A stretch of 64,000 nt of DNA from the human T2T-CHM13v2.0 reference genome, Homo sapiens. Of this stretch, positions 40,943-54,036 are shown one piece after another. The notes beneath the pieces are model-generated. The model did no database searches. It worked only from the letters and a program-made list of their open reading frames with translations, and was not told where the DNA came from. The translations under genes and the position numbers were made by a program. The stretch lies in assembly GCF_009914755.1 (NCBI RefSeq), contig NC_060929.1; one strand, 5' to 3'. Numbering within the stretch: the stretch's first letter is position 1; the number at the start of each line of letters is the position of its first letter.

Positions 40943-42574
40943 GCTATGCAAAGAGTAAACCAAGAGATCTTCCAAGCTGATTCTTTTTAGTTTGTTTATC
41001 TTCCAAGAACAACACCATAAATGTCACTGGCCATTCTTAAAGTGACATCAGGTGTGTATATTTTTATGCCACTTCTTTCTATGCATGAGGAATCCTGAGA
41101 TTTCAAGTTCAGAAAACATTTCACAACAGACGACTGAATACTCTGAATTACAAGCAAGGAGATGAGAAACACGATCTCTCTCTTTCAGGTTCACAGATAC
41201 TTTACAGGTAATTCATGACTTTTCATAAACATCCTTAAACTAGATAGACAATTTTGTTCCTTGTGGTAAAAAACTTGTAGCGTGAGCCAGAACCCTCACT
41301 CTCTAACACTCTCTCCCCTCTCAACAAACCTCTGACCCAGAAAAGAGTATTGTTTTCATCTCTGAGTCTAGATGATTATATTGGAACTAAATTTGTGGTA
41401 TCAGAAATCAGCTCTTTAATATCACCCACACAAAGAAATATTCTATTGTAGGATCTACTTTCATCTCTTTTCTTACTATGATTAACCCAAAAAATAACCA
41501 CAAAAATGAGGAAAGGCAAGAAACAGTTGCTATTGAAAGTAGCACTATGGAGAAAAAAGGAACATTAGGAGCCCAGGAAGAGGTATCCAATTTGATAGCT
41601 GAAAGCCCCACTAAAGTTTCTAATTTCTTTGTGAGAGCTTCTTCCTTGTCCAAAGCTGTGTAAAATTGAGATTATATCATGCCTTAGAGATCCACACTTG
41701 GAGTTTTAAGGATCAAAACCTTAATCAACATTAAAGTACATTAAATTTCAAAAGACTCAAGAGCAAGTGTACATACACACGTGGACACACTTAATAGTGT
41801 CACTAGTCTTTACATAGTAAGACAAAGGTTAAAGGCAGAGTACATTGGTTTTATTTCTTTGTAAAGTATTGAGAGAAGTTGTATAAAATGGCTATGAGAA
41901 GACACAGATTTCTTAATGTGCTTTGGTTCAGCTGCAAAGCATTCCATGAATTTCAAGGGAAGCTACAGGGCATTGGTGGAAAGTACACTAAAGAAATCCT
42001 TCCTCAGCCTCGGAGTTTGAAAAAAAATCTTGACTTTCAGATACACCTGGGTCTTCTGGGGCAACAAATGGGAAATCACAGCTCTATCAACAAGCACCAA
42101 CTTGATAATTTGAGGCTTGTTTTCTTTTTTTTCTTCCTACAACTCAGACAGGTTTTTTTAAGCCTTAGCAGAATGGCTAGACTAGGTAATCCACATAAGC
42201 AGCTGCTGCAATGTGATCTTTTTCTAACATTTTAATGTAGAGCTGTGAACTTTTCTGGCTTTGGGTTGTGTTAGGAACTTTTAGAGTAAACATTCTCAAT
42301 TTAAAGGTTATTACTTTTAGGGCTCTGTCTGATCTGTCTCAGATGGAGTGTCAGCATTGAAAACAGTTACCCATGATAGCAAATTCTGCTGGAAATGCAG
42401 TGGCTGATGTCTAAATGATCTTTGAATACTAATGCTACACACTTTAACAAAAAACTTTAGTTTATTTCCTTATTTTTAAGTTTAATAACATTCTATTTTC
42501 TAGATCTCAGGATATTTACTCATGTACTGCTTTTTAGCACCACGCAAAATAGGGATTGGTTGGTGGTCATCAGG

Positions 42575-42790
42575 GTACTGTAGAAGGTAAGTTCTACCTG
42601 GTTTCCAGCCACAGCTCTGCCACTTACCAGCTGCATGCATTTGGGCAAACCACCTCATCTCTACATCTCAGTATCATCATGTGTGAAATTGGGGTATCAT
42701 TGTGTCAACTGATAGAGATGATGCCTGGATTAAAAGAAAAAGAATACATGGAAAGTAGTTAATATAGTAGTCATTCATTATGTGTTTATA
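42575..42790 (+). mobile_element. MIR
   Basis: CAGCTCTGCCACTTACCAGCTG...TTGGGCAAACCACC...CTCAGTATCATCATGTGTGAAATTGGG. Confidence 0.8.
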
Positions 42791-43435
42791 TCTCAGGTCC
42801 TAAAATCAAAATCACCATTAACACCAGCCTTAGAAGCCTATTGTCTTACATGTTTTCATTGACTGATTATTATTGTGACAGTTGGAAGAGAGGGAAATAA
42901 TTTGAGCTGAGGCTTTTCATATACAACTTATAAGATGATGCAATAAAATTTTGATCATCTTGCAAATGTGGTTTAAGATTACATAAAGGGTCAAAGATTT
43001 TCACTTTAATAAGACATGGGATCCACCAAGAAGTAGTGATACATTTTCTCTAATTATAGGGAGGGCAGTGTTGAATATCTCCACTCTTTTTGACTAAGAT
43101 CTATGGACATGTGCCTCTACGTGAAAGCTATGGGTGTGGAAACAACTCTTGGTGCGGCACACCTATTGTAGAGTTCTTGCTTTTCCTTTTGATCGGAGAG
43201 GGGTAGGGTGCCTGGGAACTAGGGCTGGAGCAGAATCTCTACCTGAAACAGTAAGAGACTCTAGTTACTGACAGACAGGTCAAGTACTCAAAAACTTGCA
43301 CACAAAAAATATTGTGAGCATTTTTTGTCAACAGTTGCACAATAATTTTCATGCCTTAAGACAGGCTGGGCTAAGAGTAGTTATGCAGCCCTCATATTGG
43401 GACATACTGGTTAACAGGGGGCAAGAGTTAGGTTT

Positions 43436-43848
43436 TGTAGTGGATGCTGTGATGGACCAACCAGATCTCCACCTCAAGAACAACTTATTCTTCTAACTAT
43501 AGGGAATGCTGGCTGTGAATGGCTGAGAGCTGTGCCCTTCTTTCAGAATTGAACTCAGCCAAAGAAAGCTGCCTCACTCAAGTTTATACCCCCTTCTCAG
43601 ACAGCTTGTGTCCAATGGCTGCTCAAAGCAGGGTCTCCTTTCTTGAAGGGCACTTCCAGCTGCACAGCACTAGTTGGATTGACTGAGGCCTTTGTTGCTA
43701 CTGTACTGCAATTCATCTCCTTCCTCTTCCCAATCCTGCTTCCTCTATTCCTTTACAGATAATGTTCCTGAGAACACTCCTAATAAATCTCCTGTCTACA
43801 CATTATCTCTATCTCACAATCCATTTGCAGGTATCTCAATCTTACATA
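43436..43848 (+). mobile_element. LTR16A/C-like solo LTR
   Basis: TGTAGTGGATGCTGTG...CCAGATCTCC...CTCAGCCAAAGAAAGCTGCCTC...CCCAATCCTGCTTCC...ACACTCCTAATAAA. Confidence 0.8.
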
Positions 43849-44549
43849 GATTCCTATTAATCTTTGACACCCAAGCCTCCACCCAAAGCCCCTGGGTCAA
43901 GTTCTTTGCAGGTTGGCATACTTCCCTACTATCCAAGGACCAACTCTGCTCCACCTGAAGATAAAGCCTATTTAACCTCCTTGACTCTCAGAACATACTC
44001 CTACCTTCCAGTAATGTGCCCTTCTGCAAGATATATAGCTTCTTCCCTACCCCAACAACAGAGAGAAAAAGGATTTTCCAACATTTGATATCAGGTCCAA
44101 AAGAAAGTTTGTTGATTTTCTGCTTAGAGCATCCTGTACACACTTGGCAAATCTACATCTGCCTTGCCTCTAGCTTTCTACACCAGGCAGACACACCCAC
44201 ACATCCAGGACCCAGTGACAGACAGAGGCAGGCTGTAGATGCCCTGAGGTTGTTTGCAGCCATCTTTCTGGAACCTCATCCACACTAGTTCCCAAACACC
44301 CCTCTCTGGCCCCTGGGTTTGCATAGGGATAAAGATTTTCCCTAATGGGCTGGGCTTGGCTTGGCTTCTTGCTCCAAAAATTACAAATTTCCTTTCAGGG
44401 GAATTCTGTCCTCCACCAGCCTTTGGGGAACCAATCTCAACCACTTGACTGACATGTTAGAAAGGCCAGTATGGACACATCTTAGGGCAGGATTCATAGA
44501 CATTATCTTGTTTAATTTTGCATATAATCCTTGTTACAATCTTGCCCAG

Positions 44550-44903
44550 TGATATGGTTTGGCTCTATGTCCCCACCCAAATCTCATTTTGAATTGTACT
44601 CCCATAATTCTCACGTATTGTGGGAGGGACCTGGTGGGAGATAATTTGAATCATGGGGGCAGTTCCCCCATACTGTTCTCCTGATAGTGAATAAGTCTCA
44701 TGAGATCTGATGGTTTTATCAGGGATTTCTGCTTTTTCATCTTCCTCATTTTCTCTTGTCACCACCAGGTAATAAGTGCCTTTCACTTCCCACCATGATA
44801 CTGAGGCTTCCCCAGCCATGTGAAACTGTAGGTCCAATTAAACCTCTTTTTCTTCCCAGTCTTGAGTATGTCTTTATAAGCAGCATGAAAATGGACTAAT
44901 ACA
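44550..44903 (+). mobile_element. THE1A/B solo LTR inserted in an antisense MIR (about 44480-45030)
   Basis: TGATATGGTTTGGCTCTATGTCCCCACCCAAATCTC...GTGAATAAGTCTCATGAGATCTGATGG...GGACTAATACA. Confidence 0.95.
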
Positions 44904-46015
44904 GTAGGTCAGCATAACTTTACTTGACAGCCATGGGAAGTTGGCCCAGCAGAGGAAAGAGACTTGTCTCAAATCATACAGTAATTGGCAGAAGGACCTG
45001 TCTGTGGATGCAATGCCTATGTTATTTTCACTAGGCCACCTTGTTTTCCCACATATCAGGCTGCCTCCCGATATTGTAGTCCAGAGATGAGGAAAGTATG
45101 AAAGCCCAGTCACTGGCTATTGTCCAAGAAACTGCCTGACGGAGTAACTCATCAAGAGGCTTCTGGCATTGGAATACATACCATAAGGTTTGCACCTCAA
45201 CTGAGAATCATGCCAGAAGAGTAGAGACAAGCCAGCAACCAGCTAATAGAGTGAACATCTGGGGCTGACTCACTGGGACACTAAGCTGAAGGACCCAGCA
45301 GGGAGTAGGTTTATGAGATAAAACAGAGGAGAAGGATCCAGTGGCCATTTAACTACTGTCTGTAGTCTGGCCACCTCAACCAAACATCAGATTCTGACAG
45401 GAATACTTTCAAATTTCTAGAGATGCTATATTTTTACAGCCCTGTCTCTTGGACCACAAAAGAAACTCTCCCTCCCTGTACCCACTAAATTCATCTCATT
45501 GTAGCTCCTTAAGATTTTCAGGAGTGTCAGACAGCTTTCCTCCTGTCTCCTGTCCCCAGCTTCACCAAGTCACTCGAGTATGCTGTCAGTGTTCTTGATT
45601 CTACATGTCTCTGAGGATCCGTTCTGAGACCTGTCTTCCCGTGGCCATCTGTCTGGGACTTTCCGAGGCTTCCATTGTCTGTCTCAGCAGATAATACAGT
45701 CTTGGATGGAGCCTCCAGATAATTTCAGATAGACTAGGCCCCAGTTTGCCCAGTGCTGCGGGCCTCGGGAACAAGCTTCATATCTATAGCTTACTATAGA
45801 AAATGCCAAATGAGCCCATTTCAGGACAGATTGGTCAGCAATTCTTCCCTGGCATTTGGGCATTGGCCTTTTTCACAGGTTATTACTTAGGCAGCTTGCT
45901 CTAGTGTCTCTTACTGCTTCAGGGAGGGATTCTGCCCAGTCCTGGTCTTAAGGTACCTACTCATCCCCCAGCCAGGCTTCTGCCAAAGGAAAAAGTGAAA
46001 AGAATATTTACTAAA

Positions 46016-46454
46016 TGTGATGGTTAATATTGAGGGGACTGAAGGATGCAAATTATTGTTCCTGGGTGTGTCTGTGAGGGTGTTGCCAAAGGAGATTAAC
46101 ATTTGAGTCAGTGGGCTGGGAGAGGCAGACACACTCTCAATCTGGGTGGGCACAATGTAATCAGCTGCCAGTGTGGCCAGAATAAAACAAGCAGAAGAAT
46201 GTGAAAAGACTAGACTGGCTTAGCCTTCCAGCCTACATCTTTCTCCCGTGCTGGATGCTTCCTGCCCTTGAACTTCGGACTCCAAGTTCTTTAGCTTTGG
46301 GACCTAGACTGGCTTCTTTGCTCCTCACCTTGCAGACTGCCTATTGTGGGACCTCACCTTGTGATCATGTGAATCAACACTCCTTAATAAACTGCCCTTT
46401 ATATATACATCGATCCTATTAGTTCTGTCCCTCTAGAGAATCCTGACTAATACG
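46016..46454 (+). mobile_element. MLT2A1-like (HERV-L) solo LTR
   Basis: TGTGATGGTTAATATTGAG...GGGTGTTGCCAAAGGAGATTAACATTTGAGTCAGTGG...CCTCTAGAGAATCCTGACTAATAC; perfect 5-bp TSD CTAAA at 46011-46015 and 46455-46459. Confidence 0.93.
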
Positions 46455-46999
46455 CTAAATGTGCTACACCAAGGTATCTTTCCATACCTATGACTCTCGC
46501 TTGAGAGCACATGTCCATAAGATGCCAGTCAAACTTAGGGTGGATATGCCATACCTATAACTAGGTAGAATTTATCACTACTCCTTGGGAGAGGCCAACT
46601 CATGTTAAAATGAAGAGTCTTGGATATCAGCAACTTCTCTAGTTCATCCACCAGAAATTTGGCTCCCATATTTAAATATACCCTGGAAAACGAGTAGACA
46701 AATTCAGTTTCTATATGGCTCTGTCCCATACTGCAGGAAAAGTAGGTAACATTTAGATTATTATTTTCCAAACAATATTCTTTCTATCTCTAAACATCAT
46801 AAGTTTCTCTTTCTAGGATAGACAATAAAAAATAATATCTTGTAAAATCTTTCCAAATAAGGAAAGAGGACAAATAATTTTTAAAGATTAATTCCAACAT
46901 AAAAATAACAGCTAAAAAAATCACAGTGAAATCGAAAGAATTAAGTTTTCCTTGGCTGAACTGAACCTGAATGGCCTGTTTCATTTCTCCCATAATAAT

Positions 47000-47170
47000 G
47001 TTTGCTGAAGTTCACTGAGAAGTTGCCATGTATCAGCCACTGTTCTAAATGCCCATACCTTATTTGATCCTCATAACAAGAAATAAAGTAGGTGCTATTA
47101 TTATCCCTATTTTATAATTATCTGAGAAAACTGAGGCACAGATAATTTAAGCAACTTTTCCAAGATCACT
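47000..47170 (-). mobile_element. MIR
   Basis: TTATTTGATCCTCATAACAA...GTAGGTGCTATTATTATCCCTATTTTA...GAGAAAACTGAGGCACAGA...CCAAGATCAC. Confidence 0.85.
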
Positions 47171-47215
47171 TTCTCAGAACATATATCTCAATTTTTGGTT
47201 AAGTAAAAAATATTT

Positions 47216-47493
47216 GGCTAGGCACAGTGACTCATGCCTGTAATCCCAACACTTTGTGAGGCCGAGGTAGGAGCATCATTTGAGGCCAGAATTTCAAGAC
47301 TAGCACTAGCAACACAGCAAGATAGCAAGACCCCATCTCTACAAATAATAATAATAATAATAATTAAGTGTCATGGCATGCCCCTGTAGTCACACTACTT
47401 GGGAAGCTGAGGTGGGAGGATTGCTTGGGCCCAGGAGTTCAAGGTTACAGTGAGCTATGATCACGCACTGCACTCAGCCTGGGGAAAAAAAAA
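47216..47493 (+). mobile_element. AluJo/Jr, with an (AAT)n middle linker and the last about 20 nt missing
   Basis: GGCTAGGCACAGTGACTCATGCC...GGAGGATTGCTTGGGCCCAGGAGTTCAAGGTTACAGTGAGCTATGAT...CAGCCTGGGGAAAAAAAAA. Confidence 0.93.
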
Positions 47494-47827
47494 CCACACA
47501 TATATTTACATATTACAAATATTTATTTCCAGGCTACAAAATCTTATACAGACAACTTGCTAGAAAAAAAGTAAAAATAGAAAGGGACAGACATCAAGAA
47601 CATAGGGCATGGAAGAAGGTGCTTTCTAGGGACTTCATTAGTAGGTGCTCATTTTTAAAAGCTGATTAGAAATGTTTTTTGGAGTTAGAGGTCAGGCATC
47701 TATCTTCTACTAATTAATAGCAAGCCTCATTTAACATATTTAACTCTCACAGTCTCATTTTACTTATTTTTTTAATTCATCTGAAAAAGTTGAGTACTAA
47801 TTTATTCCCTACCATAACAGTAGCCAC

Positions 47828-48590
<763 letters not shown>

Positions 48591-48959
48591 TTAGTCCCAT
48601 TGCAGACATGATCATTTAAGGCTCAGTGGGAAGAAGTAATCAGCAAATATGAGAGTCAGACTTTGACCCATATGACAACAAAGCTGCACTAGTAGTTATT
48701 GTTTGCTCAGAAGTTAGAGATGTTCCCACTGGAAATCCTTTTCAAGTATAAGAAAATGCTAAAATAAATTTATGGCTAAGACACCGAAGACAATAAATAT
48801 TGCATTTTAAAGGAGGTAAAGAGCTTACAAAAGAGTCATCTGCAATCGTGTTACTTAACTCTTAAACACCTCACCCACAATGATGGTGTGAAAGGATGGG
48901 GACATTAGAAATTAGAAGGATGTTTGCAGAGTATTTCTTTTGAATGAGCAGCTCTGTGT

Positions 48960-50510
48960 GCCCTTCTACCCTTCATCTTGCCTGCCCTCAAGCCCAGCGT
49001 AAGGGAGTTTATTCCACAGAATCACTCAGAGAGCTCCACACATGTCTTCTGCAGTTACAGGGACCCATTGAACTAGTGTTTGGCATATATCTGGAAAACT
49101 AAAAAGCTGGTGTAGTGGATTACAAAATATGACCACAAATTCCTTTCATCATATATTCAAGCTCTTTTGCATTGTGATTTTGTTACTTCTTCCATCAAGA
49201 CATGAAGTCTACTTCCTCAGCCCTTGAATCTGGGCTGGTCTTTAGACTTGTCCTGACCAAAAAATTTGCTAACAGTGATGTAATGTGACTTAAAAGTGTG
49301 GGCCTTAAGAAGCCTTGCAATTTCCACTGCTGGTTCTTGGGCAGTGCATCAAGACCACCATTTAGGAAATCAATCTCACCTGCCAGAGGATGAAAAACAC
49401 AGGGTGGGGTGGGGATAGAGGGCAAGGAGAGGCACCCCAGTCAATGGCCAGCATTAACTTTAGATGTATAAACTGAGAGGGTTCAGCCCAGTCAACCCTC
49501 CAGCTGAATCCAGCTCATGAGTAAGCCCAGGAAAAACTGGTAGAAAACCCAACCAGCCTACCCAAAGAACTCTAAGACATGATAAGTCACTATTACTTGA
49601 AGCCACTGTGTGAGTTGTTGGTTACACAGCAATAGGTAACTGAAACAGCTAGCTGGCTAGTCCAAGGCAAAGGAGAGGCTGCAGCTGTACTGGAATCTGC
49701 CTACATCCCCAGAACTTGTTGAGGTAAAAGAGGCATGCACATTGACACAAATAAGAGAGAAAACTGATTTTTAAGCCATATAAAATACTTCTCAAGAGGA
49801 CTGTCTCATGGTAAGCCAGTCTGGGTGGAGTGATCCAACAAGGAAAAAAGATTCTAAAAAGAAAGAGAAGAAGAAAGGAGGGAAAAGAGAGTTAGCAAAA
49901 GAAGGAGAGAGGGGAGAAAATCATGGACTAAGGAGGGAACAGACAACTTGAGAAAAATGCATCACCCATATCACAAGGCATGCAGTCAAAGGTACCCAGT
50001 GGCAGTTTCAGAAGAACTAGGTGAAGCATTCCAGGTTCAGAATGCCCAACCATCTCAGAACCCTACCAGTCAAGTAAGAACCTTCCTATCCCTCTGAATT
50101 CTCCAATATCCCCTTGGCCCAAGCCTGGCAGGATAAGAAATAACAGTTATCATGCTAGGAAAGAAAGAGAAATGCCAGATGGGAAAAAAGAAGAGAAAGG
50201 CCACTCCAAGGAGACAGCCCAAAGCAAGGCCTAGCTGGGTAGAAAGGAAGATTTAGTTTTAAATCAACTTCTAAGTTTTGATTATTACCTGAAACTAGAC
50301 ACAGTAAATGTCTCCATTGAGACTGTATTTTTTTTTTTTTTTCACTTTAAGGACCAAATAAGTCATGGAACTGTGCAAGTTTTCCTCTGGTGGAGGGAAA
50401 GAATTTTCCCTAATTCAAAACTTTTAAAGAGACAGTGGGAGTTAAAAGATTGCTGTTGTAGTGTTCCCTCACCCTTATCCAGGTGCCTGCTTCCGGGGAC
50501 TTTACACAAA
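48960..50510 (+). mobile_element. Ancient LTR78/MamGyp-like LTR split by MLT1G/H
   Basis: Purine-rich body with GTTTTAAATC...AAGTTTTGATTATTAC...GAGACTGT and AAAGAGACAGTGGGAG, ending ...TACACA; family tentative. Confidence 0.45.
49111..49647 (+). mobile_element. MLT1G/H MaLR LTR
   Basis: TGTAGTGGATTACAAAAT...CCCTTGAATCTGGGCTGG...GTTACACAGCAATAGGTAACTGAAACA; flanks GCTGG and GCTAG. Confidence 0.85.
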
Positions 50511-50636
50511 GTGGCTTAAGAAAAGCCACTTGGAGAGTAGGTAAATTCATTTGTGAGTTCCGCTAGTGATGTGATGGTTGCTGGGAAGTTTCTCTGGCCC
50601 CAAAAAACTCCGTTGTCACAGTGGCTAAAAGTCCAC

Positions 50637-50670
50637 CATTACAGAGGCAGTCATTACAGAGGCAGTCATT
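50637..50670 (+). repeat. 2.3 x 15-bp perfect tandem duplication
   Basis: CATTACAGAGGCAGT twice, plus CATT. Confidence 0.95.
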
Positions 50671-50876
50671 TAGGCTGTCCTCAGAAGTCCTGTTTTTTAA
50701 AATACACAAATCAGGATGGGCAGCAAATCAAGTCATTGATGCATTACAGAATTGCATGTTGAAGGATGGAAATAACAAGCAGAGGGGCAGAAGGCAATGC
50801 AGGAACACACAAAAGCAGTCAAACCTCACTGAAGACTACTGCACAATTTTGCCTGGGGTTCACTCTGCACTCAGGC

Positions 50877-51087
50877 CAGTAGCTCCCAACTTTTCACATT
50901 CAGAAGAATTACCACGGGAGCTGGGGAAAATGCAGATTTCAAGGCTCAAGCCCTCTAATTCTATTTGATTGGTTTGTTTTGGAGTCCAGGAATCTGAATT
51001 TTAAGAAGTCCAAGGAACTGAATTTTAAGAAGCATTCAAGGTGATTCCAAGGCAGTGGGTTCATAAACCTTATTTTAGAAATACTAC
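50877..51087. mobile_element. MER5A with an internal 2 x 24-bp duplication (50983-51030)
   Basis: CAGTAGCTCCCAAC...AAAATGCAGATT...CCAGGAATCTGAATTTTAA...GGTGATTC...TTTAGAAATACT. Confidence 0.75.
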
Positions 51088-51559
51088 TTCAATATAAATA
51101 GCTAAGGATTGAAAACCAAAGCTGGTCACAAAATTCGGATACATATTTCTCTACAAAATATATTCTTGCAATAAACGAGATAAGGTTGGAACAATTTCTG
51201 AGTTCTTAGAAACATGTTATCTCTCATGCTTCCTCAGGGCTAAGTTGATTGTTATAAATACCATCAATTTAGGGGAAAATTGGGGAAAAAAACTGGAAAG
51301 TTAACTCATTAGAAGTACACATCTATTATAAGATGGATTCAGGGCTAGAATTATGAAAATGTAGAAACTTACAAGTAAGAAAAAATATTTGTTAGAATGA
51401 ATTTTTAGTTCAAAATAAAAGATTTCTTATGGTCCCCAAATTCTAAGGTGAAAATGTCATTTTCTGGGGCCTAACCCCTGAACCTCATTTTCATACTGTT
51501 TTATCCCTTCATATATTCCAACAGCAGTGAGTAAGTATTTGTTATGGACAACACACTCT

Positions 51560-51700
51560 TTTCCTAGAAATGGGAAGGGTTACTAGAAGTTGTCTAGGCC
51601 TCTTCCATCAAGGCAAGCATCAGTTAAACCATTCCAGGAAGACAGCTAGCCAAGCTGTTCTTCAAAGCTTTCAAGTTTTTAAAAGCTTTCCATAACTTCC
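51560..51700 (-). mobile_element. L3/CR1-type 3' fragment
   Basis: GGAAGGGTTACTAGAAGTTGTCTAGGCC...TAAACCATTCCAG. Confidence 0.45.
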
Positions 51701-53046
51701 CACGGAATAAGCACTCACCAGGAAGACTCTGGATGTTATTGTTAGAGGATCGAATACACAGGGAAGTGGATAATATAATTAAATGCCAGGAAGAAGTAAA
51801 AAGGCATCAGAGAGGGCCACATGCTATTTTCCAGAATTCCATCAACCTGCCACAAAGAGCCAACTCAGTCAACTCCTAAAAAGCACCTCTAATATCCATA
51901 TGCAGAGAGAGCCACAGTTTAGCAGGAGTTACGGGAATTTTCTAAAACTTAAACACATTTTGCCATACATCTTGGGGAATGTTTTCAGAAAACTGAAAAC
52001 TGAGGCTTTTCTAACAGATTGCCTCACATCTCAGAAAGTGGAATAGAAAGGAAGTCATTTTGTAAACTAGTATGAGAAGAAAAAACAGCATGTAAATCTC
52101 TCTAGGCAGAGAAATTGTTGGTCCTATGAATTTAAATTCATAGACTAAAAATCTGTCAGCCTTTTCCAGATTCTCTCACAACATCATGCCTCCTCCAACG
52201 CTTAAGCACTAATTGATTCATTTTCTGTTTTATCGGATTTAAAGTCATTTTAGTCACTATTTTTAACTGTTTTCTCATTTACGGTCCTCCTCCCTCCCTT
52301 TGCTTCGAGGCCCCACATTAAATTATACATTCTCTCACATGGCTCATTATCTTACATTTTTTTCTGTCATTCTGCAGCTGCTGTCCTGCGTTCCTGCCTC
52401 AGCTTTGTTTAGTGCCAAAGAGCTGTTTTTTCTAACACTTCAAAAACACATGGCATTTTTTATGGGCACAAGTATCTTCACTTCTGTCAAATAAAAAATT
52501 GATTCATAAGGGAAACATTTTAAGTATGTAGGTGTCTTGCAAGAAAATTAAGTAGCTCATTAAAAAAATAAGTATGCCTGAGGAGGGATAAAACCATAAC
52601 CTGAAAATTGAACATAAATGTCTTTGCTTTTAAGAATATTTGGATATTTGTAGATTCCCTTCGTGATCTTTTTGTTAGTTTGTTTTTACCCTTCGTGCAA
52701 TTTACCTTTTACCATATTCTCATTTATAAGATTCTGGACTCCATACAGAAAGAGCAGGTAACTTTTACCCTAATGTTATCTCTGCTTTATAAGTAATGTG
52801 AAAAATGTTAAACATACAGAACTAAGAGGGAATCTGAGTTCCACATAGTAGCAGATACTGTTGGTGCCCTTTGTTATGTCCTGTAGCTCTGCAAGCAATC
52901 AGACCTGAGGATAAGAAGTGATTTGGTCTGACAATGGTATTTAGCCTCAAGTGGTTTCTTTCTAAGCCTTGTTTACCATCTTTCTCTCCCTGTATATTTA
53001 ATGTTGACAGTCAGTTAGTCATGTCATGAGTCTTCTCACAGTGTAC

Positions 53047-53545
53047 AGTAGCATAGAGTAAAATAGTGTTCCGCCCAGATCTCCTCAAATCATTCTCCAT
53101 TTTTGTGTGCCATTCTCCGTTGGTAATACTTCACTTCCAATAACCAGCACCTACTCTTTTTAGAAGAACTGCTCAGGCTACTAGAGTCTCTTCGCATGCA
53201 TGCTTGGGAGAAACCCAAAATTCAAGTGATTGAGAGAGAGAGAGCAGAGGAGACAAAATGGCCTTCAAGGAGTGCAGGGGTAGGAAACCCAGCTCCCCTG
53301 GATGTGTCATGACAACTCTGTGGCACAACTTGCACTCCAGAGCCCCCCTGTGGATAAGGCTGATGAAATGTTCAGCAGAACCTTGAGATGGATCTTTGTT
53401 TGGCTTCCTACTTCCTGTCCTGCTTCCCATTCATTCCCTGAACTTCCCTGTGACACTTCCTTTAAAAATCACTTGCCTTTAAAAAATTAGTTCCTTTTAA
53501 AATCTTTGTCTTGTAATCTGCAACTGTGGAATCTAACCTAAGACC
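53047..53545 (+). mobile_element. LTR16-family LTR (a second 5' stub lies at about 52847-52880)
   Basis: CCGCCCAGATCTCC...CCCAGCTCCC...GACAACTCTG...CACTCCAGAGC...CCTGTCCTGCTTCCC...AACCTAAGAC. Confidence 0.7.
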
Positions 53546-53672
53546 ACTGGCGAGATCCTTGAAGTACAGGATTATGAATGGCAAAGATTTACATCATTAA
53601 TTATAGAATTAAAGGATGTCTAAACTTAGAGGGTTTCAGATATCAGGTATCAGAGAGATGAGTTAGCTCACC

Positions 53673-54036
53673 TGTATTAGTCCACTTACATACTACTATA
53701 AAGATACTACCAGAGACTGGACAATTTATAAATGAAAGAAGTTTAATTGACTCAGTTCTGCTTGGCTGGGGAGGCCTTAGGAAATTTACAATCATGGAGG
53801 AAGGAGAAACCGTCACTTCTTACATGGTGGCAGGCAAGGAAAGAATAAGCAAGAAAGGAACTACCAAACACTTATAAAACCATCAGGTCTCATGAGAACT
53901 CACTCACTATCATAAGAACAGCATGCAGGGAACTGCCCCCATGATCCAATCACTTCCCACCAGGTCTCTCCCTCAACACCTGCGGGTTACAATTCAAGAT
54001 GAGATTTGGATGGAGACACAGAGGCAAACCATATTA
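53673..54036 (-). mobile_element. THE1D/MSTA-like solo LTR inserted in an antisense MIR (about 53590-54130)
   Basis: TGTATTAGTCC...GTTTAATTGACTCA...GAGAACTCACTCACTATCA...ACAATTCAAGATGAGATTTGG...CAAACCATAT. Confidence 0.92.

Noticed and set aside
41175-41213. 19-nt microexon (TCTTTCAG/GTTCACAGATACTTTACAG/GTAATT)
   Set aside because: Not frame-preserving, the donor is modest, and there is no host gene evidence.
43436-43848. 3' LTR of the ERVL provirus starting at 37011
   Set aside because: It is separated from the pol remnant by 3.4 kb that includes older L2 and MIR sequence, which cannot lie inside a younger provirus; more likely an independent solo LTR.
49402-49422. G-quadruplex motif GGGTGGGGTGGGGATAGAGGG
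   Set aside because: It fits the pattern, but such motifs are common and this one sits in a decayed MLT1 with no functional context.
53457-53505. Three degenerate ~17-bp units (CCTTTAAAAAT) in LTR16
   Set aside because: Ordinary old slippage in an A/T run with no further signal.
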